Origin: Halarcobacter sp.
Lineage (GTDB): Bacteria; Campylobacterota; Campylobacteria; Campylobacterales; Arcobacteraceae
Assembly (NCBI GenBank): GCA_048571215.1
Contig: CP182352.1
Location: 512,001-576,000 of the forward strand
DNA: 64,000 nucleotides
Direction: 5' to 3'
Positions within the stretch are counted from its first letter, which is position 1. Each line of letters starts with the position of its first letter. A program made the position numbers and the translations under genes. The notes beneath the pieces are model-generated. The model was not told where the DNA came from. It saw nothing but the letters and a program-made list of their open reading frames with translations, and searched no databases. This document shows positions 1 to 14,429 of the stretch, one piece after another.

Positions 1-426
1 AACTCTTTTTTTATATCTTTTAGTAAAATAGATGATAAAAAATTATCAAACAATGGCTATAGTATCACTATATCAAGTCATACTAAGGCACTTTTTTGGG
101 AAAATTTGTCTAAAGAGGATTATAAAATAAAAAAAGAGTTAACTCAAAACTTTATAATATCTAAGTTTTTAGAGTATTTTAAAAGTTTGAAAAAAGAGGA
201 TATAATCTATAAAACAAGTGGAAGTTCAAAAACATTTAAAAGATACATTAATAGAAACAATTGTGGAGGACAGGCTATATTTATGAAAGATTTGTTAAAG
301 ATACCTAGTTGTAAAACACCATTTAAAGGTTTGTACAACATAGGTGATACAGTTTTTGCAGGGCAAGGTTGGCCTGGTATTGCAATAGGTGTTGAAGTTT
401 TAAATAGTGAGTTAAATAATGGATAG
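1..426 (+). CDS. Partial (5'-truncated) FAD-dependent oxidoreductase, phytoene desaturase/CrtD-like C-terminus
   Basis: Frame 1 is open from base 1; the C-terminal TPFKGLYNIGDTVFAGQGWPG motif is typical of the phytoene desaturase family. Confidence 0.7.
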   Translation, partial: NSFFISFSKIDDKKLSNNGYSITISSHTKALFWENLSKEDYKIKKELTQNFIISKFLEYFKSLKKEDIIYKTSGSSKTFKRYINRNNCGGQAIFMKDLLKIPSCKTPFKGLYNIGDTVFAGQGWPGIAIGVEVLNSELNNG

Positions 427-1417
427 AATTAGATTAAAAATATTAATTACTGATTGGGTGTATATAGTAAGTATTGCCTTTTTTTTAGGATTTTTTATAT
501 CTTTAGTATTTTTCTTTTTAAATAAACAACTACAAGAGATATCAACAATAGTTTTTATAACATCTACTTCTGTAATAATATCACTATTTGCATTTATATT
601 AATTACTGTTTCAAATGAGTATATATTACCAAAAACAAAAGAGAAATTTTGGTATTTGATTAGTTTTTTATTCTCTTTCTTATCGGGGTTTTTGGGGTTT
701 TTATTTTCAATTTATATTTTCTGCTTAAGTAGTTTTAACATTGTTAATATGCTACTGCCTTATAGTTTTTATATAAGTATAATTTTAGGTTTATTAACTT
801 TTTTGGTGGGTTTAATTTTGCACCAATTTATCTCTATGAAATATAGAAATGAATCAATAAAAACAGAGTTTTTAGAAACTAAAATAAAAGCCTTGGAAAA
901 TGAGCTAAATCCCCATTTTTTATTTAATGCCTTAAATTCAATATCAGAATTGATTTACATGGATCAAAATAAAGCAGAAAATGCGGTTTTAAAGTTATCA
1001 TCTTTTTTAAGAAATGCCATAACAAAAGATAGTTTAATAACTTTAAATGCTGAGATGCAAATGGTAAATACTTACTTATTTATAGAAAATATTAGATTTG
1101 AAGATAAAATAAAATTATATTTTAAAACAAAAGAGGATGCTAATAGTATTTTAGTTCCAAAATTTTCAATACAATTATTAGTAGAAAATGCTATAAAACA
1201 TGGGTATTGTGGGAAAGAACTCAATATAGAAGTGGAATTTGATGAAAATAGTATTACTGTATCAAATGATGGTTTAGTTCCCAAAAAGAGACTGGTATTT
1301 GGAACAGGTTTAACAAATCTACAAAAAAGACTGCAGTTATTAGAAGTTGGTAAATTGGTATATAACAAATATGAAGATAAAATAGTATTTATAATCCAAT
1401 TAGAAGAGCATATATGA
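419..1417 (+). CDS. LytS/YehU-family sensor histidine kinase
   Basis: N-terminal TM helices; ELNPHFLFNALN H-box; QLLVENAIKHG N-box; GTGL. Confidence 0.9.
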   Translation: MDRIRLKILITDWVYIVSIAFFLGFFISLVFFFLNKQLQEISTIVFITSTSVIISLFAFILITVSNEYILPKTKEKFWYLISFLFSFLSGFLGFLFSIYIFCLSSFNIVNMLLPYSFYISIILGLLTFLVGLILHQFISMKYRNESIKTEFLETKIKALENELNPHFLFNALNSISELIYMDQNKAENAVLKLSSFLRNAITKDSLITLNAEMQMVNTYLFIENIRFEDKIKLYFKTKEDANSILVPKFSIQLLVENAIKHGYCGKELNIEVEFDENSITVSNDGLVPKKRLVFGTGLTNLQKRLQLLEVGKLVYNKYEDKIVFIIQLEEHI

Positions 1418-2121
1418 AAACATTAATTGTAGACGATGAAAAGATAGCCCTTGCTAGATTAAAGAGACTTTTAAATGAGCAAGGTGTTACAAATATAGTT
1501 GAGTGTGACAAGCCTTTAGAAGCTATAAAGGAGGCAACAAAAACAAAATTTGATGTGGCTTTTTTTGATATTTCTATGCCAAATATTAGCGGTTTAGAGT
1601 TGGCAAGTACCATTTTAGAGTTGAATCCAAATATCTTTATAATATTTCAAACTGCCCATGAAGAGTATGCTTTAGAGGCTTTCAAAAGTGGTGGAATGGA
1701 TTATTTGTTAAAGCCAATATCAAAAGAGAGCATACAAAATGCCTTAGAGAAAATAAAAAAATATATAAAAACAGATCAAGGCTCAAAAAAGATTTTAGCG
1801 AAAAGGGGGAATAAGCTTTTTTTAATAGATATTGATGATATATATTATATTAAAGCTGATTTGGATGAGATAATTATTAGGATAAAACAAACAGATGCCT
1901 ATGTAAGAAAAAAAATAGGTGATATGGAAAATCTTTTATCTTCAAAAAATTTTTTTAGAATTCATCGTTCTTGTATAATAAATGTTGACAAGATAAAATC
2001 AATGCAAAGTGTTGAACAATCAAAATTAGAAATATCTTTTGAAAATATTGATGATGTTGTTACAAGTTCAAAAGATGGTGCAAAAGAGTTTAGAGAGTAT
2101 TTAGAAAAAAGAAGTCTTTGA
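1414..2121 (+). CDS. LytTR-family response regulator
   Basis: Receiver domain (IVDDE, DISMP, YLLKP) plus FFRIHRS LytTR motif; 4-nt overlap with the kinase. Confidence 0.92.
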   Translation: MKTLIVDDEKIALARLKRLLNEQGVTNIVECDKPLEAIKEATKTKFDVAFFDISMPNISGLELASTILELNPNIFIIFQTAHEEYALEAFKSGGMDYLLKPISKESIQNALEKIKKYIKTDQGSKKILAKRGNKLFLIDIDDIYYIKADLDEIIIRIKQTDAYVRKKIGDMENLLSSKNFFRIHRSCIINVDKIKSMQSVEQSKLEISFENIDDVVTSSKDGAKEFREYLEKRSL

Positions 2122-2194
2122 TGAACTTACATTAAATTCATACAAAAGAGTATAAAATCAATTATAATTAGAAAAAATACTCAAGGAGTATCTT

Positions 2195-3049
2195 ATGAAA
2201 ACAATTGCAGTTACAGGTTCAACAGGTTTTGTTGGTACAAATATTAAAGAAAAGTTTACAAAAGAAGGTTTCAATTTTATTGGAATTAGAAGAGATGATT
2301 TAAAGGATATTGAGAAACTAACATCTATTATAAATAAAAGTGATATTGTTATAAATTTAGCTGGAGCAAATATTATAAATAGATGGACTGAAAGCTATAA
2401 AAAACTTCTTTATAGTAGTAGGCTAGATACTACGAAAGCTTTAATAGAAGCTATAAAAAAAGCAGAAAATAAACCTAAACTACTTATCTCTACATCAGCT
2501 GTAGGAATTTATAAAAATAGTTCTTGTTATGATGAAGAGAATTTTGAATATAGTGATGATTTTTTAGCAAACCTTTGTAAAGATTGGGAAAATGAGGCCT
2601 TAAAAGCAAAAGATTTAGGTATTAGAACAGCTATTTTTAGATTTGGTATAATACTTGGAGACGGGGGAGCTTTACAGAAGATGTTATTACCTTTTAAATT
2701 AGGTTTAGGGGGAACTATTGGTGATGGGAAACAATATTTTTCATATATACATATAAAAGATTTACTTGAAGCATATAAATTTTTAATTGAAAATGAGAGT
2801 TTAGAAGGAATCTTTAATTTAACAGCACCCCAAGCAACTACAAATCTAGGATTAACAAAAGCATTGGGAAAAAGTTTAAATAGACCAACTATTTTACCTG
2901 TTCCACAGTTTGCATTAAATTTAATCTTTAGTGAAGGAGCAAAGGTTTTAACAGATGGGCAATGTGTAAAACCTAAAAGCTTACTTGATAATGGTTTTAA
3001 ATTTAAATATAAAACTATAGAGGAAACAATAGACAATTTAGTAAAATAA
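2195..3049 (+). CDS. TIGR01777/YfcH-family NAD-dependent epimerase
   Basis: TGSTGFVG Rossmann motif, INLAGA, SRLDTT, LCKDWE, GLGGTIGDGKQ. Confidence 0.9.
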   Translation: MKTIAVTGSTGFVGTNIKEKFTKEGFNFIGIRRDDLKDIEKLTSIINKSDIVINLAGANIINRWTESYKKLLYSSRLDTTKALIEAIKKAENKPKLLISTSAVGIYKNSSCYDEENFEYSDDFLANLCKDWENEALKAKDLGIRTAIFRFGIILGDGGALQKMLLPFKLGLGGTIGDGKQYFSYIHIKDLLEAYKFLIENESLEGIFNLTAPQATTNLGLTKALGKSLNRPTILPVPQFALNLIFSEGAKVLTDGQCVKPKSLLDNGFKFKYKTIEETIDNLVK

Positions 3050-3175
3050 AATAATAAAGTTTACAAAACGGTTACCAAAATAACTCAAATAGTGTTTTTT
3101 TGCTTGATTGGAGTAATTAGCGCTTAAGTTTCAATTTAGTACAATCTAGTAAAAATTTTTATAAGGGAACTGATT

Positions 3176-3733
3176 ATGAAAAAATTGGGTATATACACAT
3201 TTTTAGTTGCAGCGGTTTTATTCACTGGTTGTAGTCAAAAAGAGGTTGAAGTTTCTGGACCTACAACTCCAGAGAAAAAAAATTCTGAAACAGCATTAAA
3301 TACAATTGATAGCACTAGCGTTCAAAACGAAGTTGTTAATGATTCACTTGTTGAAAGTGCTGATAATGGTTACTATTACATGATTGATGGTAAAAAAGTT
3401 TTAATTGAAAATATTTATTTTGGATTTGATAAATATAATCTAACTCAAGATATGCAATCAGTTGCGAAATCAAATGCTTCAAAACTTTCAGGTCTTCAAG
3501 CAGGAACTACAATTACTGTTGAAGGTAATTGTGATGAGTGGGGTACAGATGAGTACAACTATGCTTTAGGTTTAAAAAGAGCAAAAGTAGTTAAAGATAA
3601 TCTTGTAATGGATGGAATCACAGAATCAGCAGTTAAAATTGTTAGTTTTGGTGAGAGTAACCCAGTATGTTCAGAAAAAAATAGTGCTTGTTGGCAAAAA
3701 AACAGAAGAGCTGAACACAAATTAGTTAAATAA
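3176..3733 (+). CDS. pal: Peptidoglycan-associated lipoprotein (OmpA family)
   Basis: Lipobox FTGC; IYFGFDK, EGNCDEWGTDEYNYALGLKRA, NRRAE. Confidence 0.92.
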   Translation: MKKLGIYTFLVAAVLFTGCSQKEVEVSGPTTPEKKNSETALNTIDSTSVQNEVVNDSLVESADNGYYYMIDGKKVLIENIYFGFDKYNLTQDMQSVAKSNASKLSGLQAGTTITVEGNCDEWGTDEYNYALGLKRAKVVKDNLVMDGITESAVKIVSFGESNPVCSEKNSACWQKNRRAEHKLVK

Positions 3734-3736
3734 TAT

Positions 3737-4726
3737 ATGATAAAACATAGACTTGCTATTTTATTAATTGCTAGTGCCCTAACTGGAACAGCGGAAGAGG
3801 TTTCAGTTTTTGGTGCTGGTAATTTAGATTCAAAAAATCCATATGGTTTAAATAATTCTGAAAAAAATATTCTAAAAAATAAGAAAATATTAGGAAATAT
3901 TGACTCCAAAGTAAAAGATGTAAAACTTACAATTGGATCGTTAAGTGAAAGAATAGATGGATTAGAATCAATTTATGAGGGAGATTCTCAAAAATTGAAT
4001 CAATCTGTATTAAAACTAAATCAACTAATTAAAAATGTGGAAGAGAATACAACTTTAACACAAAAGCACTCAACAGATATAGAAAATTTGAAAAATGTAA
4101 GCTCTCAGATACTTGCAATGCAAGAAGAGTTTATAGCCGAAAATAAAAAAAATATTGATAGTTTAAAAAGTGCTATAAAAGAATTAAATAATACAACAAA
4201 AAAAATAAACTCTTCATATATTTCAGATAAAGAGTTTAAAAATAACATGGAACAATTTATCACACGAGCTGAATTTGAAGCACTAAAAAAATCTTTAGGT
4301 GTGAAAACTAGTAGTAAAACTACAAGTAAAACTAAAAATAATAAGCTATCATCGTTTAAAGATAAGAAAGCGATGATGGACGAAGCGATAAGATTATTTA
4401 AAAAGGATTATTTTACAAAAGCTATTCCTATGTTCGAAGAATTGGTAGCTGCAAATTATAAACCTGCAACAAATAATTATTATCTAGGTGAAATGTGGTA
4501 TTATAGAAAAAAATATGCTGATGCTATAAGTTATTTTAAAACTTCAGCAATGCTTTATGATAAAGCTCCATATATGCCTAAATTGCTACTTCATAGTGCA
4601 ATTTCATTTGAAAAGACAAAAGATTTTGCAAATGCAGCAAATTTTTATTCCTCTTTAATAGATATTTATCCAAATTCAAAAGAGGCTAAAACAGCTGTAA
4701 AAAACTTATCAAAAATAAAAAAATAA
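3737..4726 (+). CDS. cpoB: Tol-Pal associated coiled-coil/TPR protein (CpoB/YbgF-like)
   Basis: Signal peptide, coiled coil, C-terminal TPRs ending YPNSKEA; follows pal. Confidence 0.8.
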   Translation: MIKHRLAILLIASALTGTAEEVSVFGAGNLDSKNPYGLNNSEKNILKNKKILGNIDSKVKDVKLTIGSLSERIDGLESIYEGDSQKLNQSVLKLNQLIKNVEENTTLTQKHSTDIENLKNVSSQILAMQEEFIAENKKNIDSLKSAIKELNNTTKKINSSYISDKEFKNNMEQFITRAEFEALKKSLGVKTSSKTTSKTKNNKLSSFKDKKAMMDEAIRLFKKDYFTKAIPMFEELVAANYKPATNNYYLGEMWYYRKKYADAISYFKTSAMLYDKAPYMPKLLLHSAISFEKTKDFANAANFYSSLIDIYPNSKEAKTAVKNLSKIKK

Positions 4727-4744
4727 ATAATTAAAAGGAAAATT

Positions 4745-5323
4745 ATGTCAAAAGTAATTGGTATAGAATATAGTTTAAAAGATGCTAAAACAGGTGAACA
4801 ATTAGATTCAAATGTAGGTGGAGCACCATTAGAATTTGTTTCAGGAAAAGGTCAAATTATTCCAGGACTAGAGTCTAAGTTAATTGAGATGCAAGAGAAT
4901 GAATCTGCAGATGTACTAGTTGAACCAAAAGATGCATATGGTGAATTTAATGAAGAAGCTATGCAAACACTTCCAAAAGAGCAATTTGCGGGAATTGAAC
5001 TAGCAGAAGGTATGTCATTATATGGTCAAGGTGAACAAGGTGAAACAGTTCAAGTTACTGTTAAATCATTTACTGATAGTGATGTAACTATTGATTACAA
5101 TCACCCAATGGCTGGAAAAACTTTGATGTTTTCTGTAACTGTACTTTCATTAAGAGATGCAACAGATGAAGAGGTTCAAACAGGAGTAGTTGGTGGAATG
5201 GCAGCTATGGGTGGTGGATGTTGTGGTGGCGGACACGACCATGGTTCTGAAGGTGGATGTTGTTCAAGTGAACCTAAAGAAGAATCACACTCTCATGGTG
5301 GAGGATGTGGTTGTAGCCACTAA
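4745..5323 (+). CDS. slyD: FKBP-type peptidyl-prolyl isomerase with His/Cys-rich tail
   Basis: IIPGLE, DYNHPMAGKTL, GGCCGGGHDH metal-binding tail. Confidence 0.95.
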   Translation: MSKVIGIEYSLKDAKTGEQLDSNVGGAPLEFVSGKGQIIPGLESKLIEMQENESADVLVEPKDAYGEFNEEAMQTLPKEQFAGIELAEGMSLYGQGEQGETVQVTVKSFTDSDVTIDYNHPMAGKTLMFSVTVLSLRDATDEEVQTGVVGGMAAMGGGCCGGGHDHGSEGGCCSSEPKEESHSHGGGCGCSH

Positions 5324-5346
5324 TCTAAAACCTATCTATAGTGTTT

Positions 5347-5386
5347 AAATGCCCGAAAGCTTAGGCTTTTGGGCATTTTATTTTTT
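5347..5386 (+). terminator. Rho-independent terminator after slyD
   Basis: aaatgcccgaaagc-ttag-gcttttgggcattt stem followed by a T-rich tract. Confidence 0.8.
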
Positions 5387-5442
5387 AGACTATATAAAAA
5401 GAGTATAATACTGCTCGAAAATTAAAATTAAGGTGAATAAAT

Positions 5443-6372
5443 ATGAAAAAAGTAGCTTTTATTTTTCCTGGTCAAGGAAGCCAATCTGTTGGAATGGGAA
5501 AAGATTTTTTTGAAAATAGTACTATTGCAAAAGAGATGATTAGCGAAGCTAGTAAAAGACTTAATATAAATTTTGAAAAATTACTTTTTGAAGAGAATGA
5601 TGATTTAAGTAAAACAGAATTTACACAACCAGCAATTTTACTTGTAAGTTCAATTGCAAATGCGATTTTTAAAGATAAATGTGATATCCAACCTGAGTTT
5701 GTTTTAGGACACTCTTTAGGAGAATTTTCTGCATTGGTAGCAGCAGGAGGTTTAGATTATTTAGATGGTATTGAGCTTGTTAATAAAAGAGGTCAATTTA
5801 TGAATGAGGCTTGTGCAGGTGGTGGTGCAGGTATGATGGCATTAGTTGGTTTAGATGATGAAACAGTTGAAAAGATTTGTGCTGAACAAAGAGCTGCAGG
5901 GAAACAAGTTTGGCCAGCAAACTATAATATGGATGGTCAATTAGTACTTGCAGGAATAAAAGCAGATCTTGAAAGCTTAGTTGATACATTTAAAGAAGCA
6001 GGAGCAAAAAGAGCAATTGTTTTGGATATGAGTGTAGCAAGTCATTGTGAACTTCTTACAAGTGCAGTTGAAAATTTAAAGCCATATTTAGAAGAATACT
6101 TAAAAGATGAATTTTCACCAATTATTTCAAATGTAACAGCGGAATCTTATACAACAAAAGATGAAGCAATAGAGTTATTATCTTCACAATTAACAAGCCC
6201 AGTTAAATATAAGCAATCGATTGCTGCAAATGCTGATAAAGTTGATTTATTTATAGAGTTTGGAAATGGTATTGTATTAAAAGGTTTAAATAGAAAAATT
6301 TGTAAAGGTACTCCCACTATTAATGTAAGTGATATGGCATCATTAGAGAAAGTATTAGAGGAATTAAACTAA
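5443..6372 (+). CDS. fabD: Malonyl CoA-ACP transacylase
   Basis: FPGQGSQ, TQPAI, GHSLGE, SVASH motifs. Confidence 0.96.
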   Translation: MKKVAFIFPGQGSQSVGMGKDFFENSTIAKEMISEASKRLNINFEKLLFEENDDLSKTEFTQPAILLVSSIANAIFKDKCDIQPEFVLGHSLGEFSALVAAGGLDYLDGIELVNKRGQFMNEACAGGGAGMMALVGLDDETVEKICAEQRAAGKQVWPANYNMDGQLVLAGIKADLESLVDTFKEAGAKRAIVLDMSVASHCELLTSAVENLKPYLEEYLKDEFSPIISNVTAESYTTKDEAIELLSSQLTSPVKYKQSIAANADKVDLFIEFGNGIVLKGLNRKICKGTPTINVSDMASLEKVLEELN

Positions 6373-6373
6373 T

Positions 6374-7069
6374 ATGAAAAAATTAGCAATAATGGGAGCT
6401 ATGCAAGAAGAGATTGAACCTTTATTAGCTCACTTTGAAAATGTAAAAGTAACAGAATTTGCAAAAAACAAGTATTATGAAGTTTCATACAATGATTTAG
6501 ATATAGTAATTGCTTATTCAAAAATAGGAAAAGTATTTGCAAGTTTAACAGCATCAACTTTAATAGAAAAGTTTGGGTGTGATACTTTACTTTTTTCTGG
6601 AGTTGCTGGGGGTATAAATAGTGAACTTAAAATTGGTGATTTAATTATTGCTGATAAATTATGCCAACACGACTTAGATATCACTGCATTTGGACATCCT
6701 CATGGATTTGTTCCTGAAGGGGCTGTATTTATTGAAACATCTAAAGAGTTAAGAGATATTGCAAAAGAAGTAGCAAAAGAGAACTCATTAGAAGTAATTG
6801 AAGGAACAATTGCTACAGGAGATCAGTTTGTACACTCTAGTGAAAGAAAAGAGTTTATAGAGTCTACTTTCAAAGCAGATGCACTTGAGATGGAAGGTGC
6901 TAGTGTTGCAGTTGTTTGTGATGCTTTAAATGTACCATTTTTTATTTTAAGAGCAATCTCAGATAGTGCAGATATGGATGCAGGTTTTGATTTTGATGAA
7001 TTTTTAAAATCAAGTGCACAAGTATCAGCTGATTATTTAATCAAAATAGTTCAAAAATTAAATAAATAA
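6374..7069 (+). CDS. mtnN: 5'-methylthioadenosine/SAH nucleosidase
   Basis: GAMQEE, KIGKV, TGDQF, EMEG, RAISD motifs. Confidence 0.95.
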   Translation: MKKLAIMGAMQEEIEPLLAHFENVKVTEFAKNKYYEVSYNDLDIVIAYSKIGKVFASLTASTLIEKFGCDTLLFSGVAGGINSELKIGDLIIADKLCQHDLDITAFGHPHGFVPEGAVFIETSKELRDIAKEVAKENSLEVIEGTIATGDQFVHSSERKEFIESTFKADALEMEGASVAVVCDALNVPFFILRAISDSADMDAGFDFDEFLKSSAQVSADYLIKIVQKLNK

Positions 7070-7282
7070 TATGATGTATTAACATCATATTATTTTATAA
7101 AACCTCTTTTTATTTTATTTTCCCCTTTTATTAATTTATTCTTCCTTTCTACTTTTTTACTAGATATATTAAAAATAGATAAAATTTCAACTATAAAACA
7201 CCTAAAATATAAGTGTAAAATTACTATTTTATGTTAGAAAACATAAATTTCCAAAATTTAAGCCTATATTAAGAGTAAACCC

Positions 7283-7311
7283 TTGACAAGAGGAAAAAAA
7301 TCTATTATAAT
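7283..7311 (+). promoter_or_regulatory. rrn operon sigma70 promoter
   Basis: TTGACA (7283-7288), 17-bp spacer, TATAAT (7306-7311); boxA-like gatctttaacaa at ~7375-7386. Confidence 0.85.
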
Positions 7312-7405
7312 TCCCGTCCAATTTCAGAGGAACGACATCAAAAGTAAATGATGAGAGAGCCTAGGGGATAGGATGATCTTTAACAATAAAAGGTTTGTAA
7401 AGAAG

Positions 7406-7435
7406 TAATCTTTATAAACCGAATATGATAATAAC
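7406..7435 (+). other. 5' arm of the 16S precursor processing stem (pairs with 9187-9216)
   Basis: taatctttataaaccgaatatgataataac is complementary, with G-U pairs, to gttattattgtgttcggtttataaagatta downstream of the 16S. Confidence 0.75.
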
Positions 7436-7598
7436 GAAGAACAAGAAGATATGGTAAAACATATCCTTGTCTATTAAAGTATTCTAAAAGAATTAATTTT
7501 TTTAGAGTACTACTTTAAGCTTTTAACTATGAGAGTAGTTAAAACACATGAGTGATAGTTTTGTAATGTAAATTATAAAAATGTCAGTTTCAAACACT

Positions 7599-9115
<1,517 letters not shown>

Positions 9116-9237
9116 CAGAGAAAAGAAGAGTTATTCGATTAACTCTTCTAAAATATCTATTAAAAATAGATAGAGAAATGAAAAAAGTTATTATTGTGTT
9201 CGGTTTATAAAGATTATTTAAAAAATAGGTGACAAAT

Positions 9238-9314
9238 GGGCCTATAGCTCAGCTGGCTAGAGCGCTCGACTGATAATCGTGAGGTCCCAGGTTCAAGTCC
9301 TGGTAGGCCCACCA
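9238..9314 (+). tRNA. tRNA-Ile(GAT)
   Basis: Cloverleaf GGGCCTA...TAGGCCC-ACCA, anticodon loop CTGATAA, located in the ITS. Confidence 0.97.
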
Positions 9315-9351
9315 TTATTAAATAATCTGTAAAAGAAAGATTAATAGTTGT

Positions 9352-9427
9352 GGGGATATAGCTCAGCTGGGAGAGCGCCTGCCTTGCACGCAGGAGGTCA
9401 GCGGTTCGATCCCGCTTATCTCCACCA
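9352..9427 (+). tRNA. tRNA-Ala(TGC)
   Basis: GGGGATA...TATCTCC-ACCA, anticodon loop CTTGCAC. Confidence 0.97.
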
Positions 9428-9819
9428 TCTATTATAAATCTGGGTTTAAAATGAAAATTTAAAATTTAAAAATGAAATTTTTTTATCTTTGAATAATCAT
9501 AATGTAAAACTAAATATAAGTCTTAAAGAATTAAGATTTATATTTGGTTTTTTAAAAACCAAAATGCTTTCAGACATTATTCTGAAAATGATATTTAAAA
9601 ATTTAATGTTAAAGTCTTTAATTTTTTCGTTTAATTAAATTTCGTATGAATTTAATTAAAAAATAAAAATTTAATATCAAATTAACTTGAAAGAATTCAA
9701 TTTTTTTAAGATAATAATGATAGACACAACTGTTTTGTTGAATATGTATGTATTCAATAAGATAGTAGCCAAGGAATAATTATTCAAAAAGGTGAAGTAA
9801 TGAAAATTACTTTGTCAAA

Positions 9820-12713
<2,894 letters not shown>

Positions 12714-12855
12714 ATAATTAATATTTCTTGGTTTACTATCTTATTGAGTACACTCAATAAAGTAAATATTGTGTTTAAAGACTTTTAACATTAACATTTT
12801 AACTCATTCAATGTGAGTACAAAGCAAACTTTTTAAGTTTGTTTGATACTCATAT

Positions 12856-12972
12856 TGCTGGTGGTTATTGCGAGGTGGAAATACCCAGCCCCATTCCGAA
12901 CCTGGAAGTCAAGCACCTCTGCGCTGATAATACTGCAGGGTCCCCTTGTGGAAACGTAAGCCGCTGCCAGCT
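12856..12972 (+). rRNA. rrf: 5S rRNA
   Basis: gctggtgg...ccattccgaac...gctgccagc terminal stem, ~116 nt. Confidence 0.93.
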
Positions 12973-13030
12973 CTTGAGTATTTTTGTACTAAAAAAGATT
13001 CTTATCTTTTTCTGGAACAAACATTTTACA

Positions 13031-13084
13031 AGCTTTTAGCTATCTGAACCTTTTTATGTTCTTTTAGCTAGAAGCTTTTTTTTT
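13031..13084 (+). terminator. rrn operon terminator
   Basis: agcttttagcta...tagctagaagct stem followed by a T run. Confidence 0.65.
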
Positions 13085-13147
13085 CGCTTTTATTAGTTAT
13101 GTACATATGTAATATTTTAATTATATATAAAATTATTTTTTAATTAT

Positions 13148-13223
13148 GCCCGCATAGCTCCAACGGTAGAGCAATTGCATGGTAAGCAAGAGGTTGCAGG
13201 TTCGATTCCCGCTGTGGGCACCA
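13148..13223 (+). tRNA. tRNA-Thr(GGT)
   Basis: GCCCGCA...TGTGGGC-ACCA, anticodon loop ATGGTAA; two stem mismatches. Confidence 0.85.
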
Positions 13224-13345
13224 TCTTACGGAACATTGCAATTAAAAATAATCAAATTTGATTATTATGTTCTATACTTAAGTCTACTTTAACTTAAACT
13301 ACAATAAAATTATATTTTACAAAATCAAATTTAGGCAGTACTTAT

Positions 13346-13594
13346 ATGGGAAAATTTTTTATCTCTTTGTTATTTTTGACATTTACACTTGCAACAATAA
13401 TTGGTATTAGCAGATATTATGAAAATAAAGTTGACAATACAAGTACTTTATCACTTGCTCAAATTGAACAGATTATGAAACAAAACCCTAGTGCTTCAGG
13501 GGATAATATTACAGGTCAAGTTAGCGGTTTAGTTAATGATGATACTTCAAGTGAGATAGAAGACAAAGATTCTTTTAAATTTTTAGATAAATAG
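13346..13594 (+). CDS. Small hypothetical protein with an N-terminal TM/signal segment
   Basis: 82-aa ORF with hydrophobic N-terminus, convergent with the downstream gene. Confidence 0.6.
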   Translation: MGKFFISLLFLTFTLATIIGISRYYENKVDNTSTLSLAQIEQIMKQNPSASGDNITGQVSGLVNDDTSSEIEDKDSFKFLDK

Positions 13595-13601
13595 TAGGCT
13601 A

Positions 13602-14408
13602 TTAACTCTCTTCATTTACTTTTTTATTTAATTCCTCTTTTATATTTAGTTTATGACACATCTTTATACCATATAGATAAATTACCCAAGATATATATAT
13701 CCAAAAAAATGAAAATAACAGTATCGCTAATGAGCCATATATGGTTGTATATGTCTTATTATATACAACATAGTATATAAATAGGTTTTTTGTTATTGAA
13801 AGGGTTACAAGGGTAAATAAAGAAGATATAGCAGCTGCTTTAAAGTGAACAAACTTATTTACACTCAATTTAAATAATCCATAAAAAATTGCCCAGGCAA
13901 AAATAAATGTTAGAAACCAATTGAATATACTATTATCATAAAAAGATAAGGCTATATTTAAAAGAGCTAACATCAAAGGCAAGGTTATCAAGAAAAATAG
14001 ATAGAAAAAAAACGATTGTAAAAGTGGTTTTCTTTTTGCATTGTGTATTTTATTTATAATATATTCATAATCTTTAAAAAACATGATAAATACAAATAGC
14101 ATATATACTAAACCTATATATCCTAATTTATTTGAATTTGATATATAGTTTTTAAATGTTTGGATAAACTCTTGGGAATGGGTTGGATTTAAAATCTCAA
14201 AAGTATATTTAATAAATATATCTAAATAATCTTGTATAACATCCAAACTAGAAATAATTGAGATTAGAAGAGCAATAATAGGTAAGATTGAGAAGATTGT
14301 AAAAAAACTAAGACTTGCAGCATAATATGTTGTATCATCATTGAAAAATGAATCTAAAGCTTTTAGCAATGTTTTAATTGGATGTTTTACAATCTCTTTT
14401 TCTTCCAC
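13602..14408 (-). CDS. YihY/BrkB-family inner membrane protein
   Basis: AASLSFFTIFSILP and YTTIYGSLA motifs; multiple TM helices. Confidence 0.88.
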   Translation of the reverse strand: MEEKEIVKHPIKTLLKALDSFFNDDTTYYAASLSFFTIFSILPIIALLISIISSLDVIQDYLDIFIKYTFEILNPTHSQEFIQTFKNYISNSNKLGYIGLVYMLFVFIMFFKDYEYIINKIHNAKRKPLLQSFFFYLFFLITLPLMLALLNIALSFYDNSIFNWFLTFIFAWAIFYGLFKLSVNKFVHFKAAAISSLFTLVTLSITKNLFIYYVVYNKTYTTIYGSLAILLFSFFWIYISWVIYLYGIKMCHKLNIKEELNKKVNEES

Positions 14409-14429
14409 CGAATCCTCTTCTTTGGATTT

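Noticed and set aside
1..3733. pal not preceded by tolB, with the LytS/LytTR and TIGR01777 genes upstream instead
   Set aside because: A simple gene-order difference among ordinary genes, with no sign of mobility
5200..5323. His/Cys-rich peptide as a novel metal-binding element
   Set aside because: Well-known SlyD C-terminal tail
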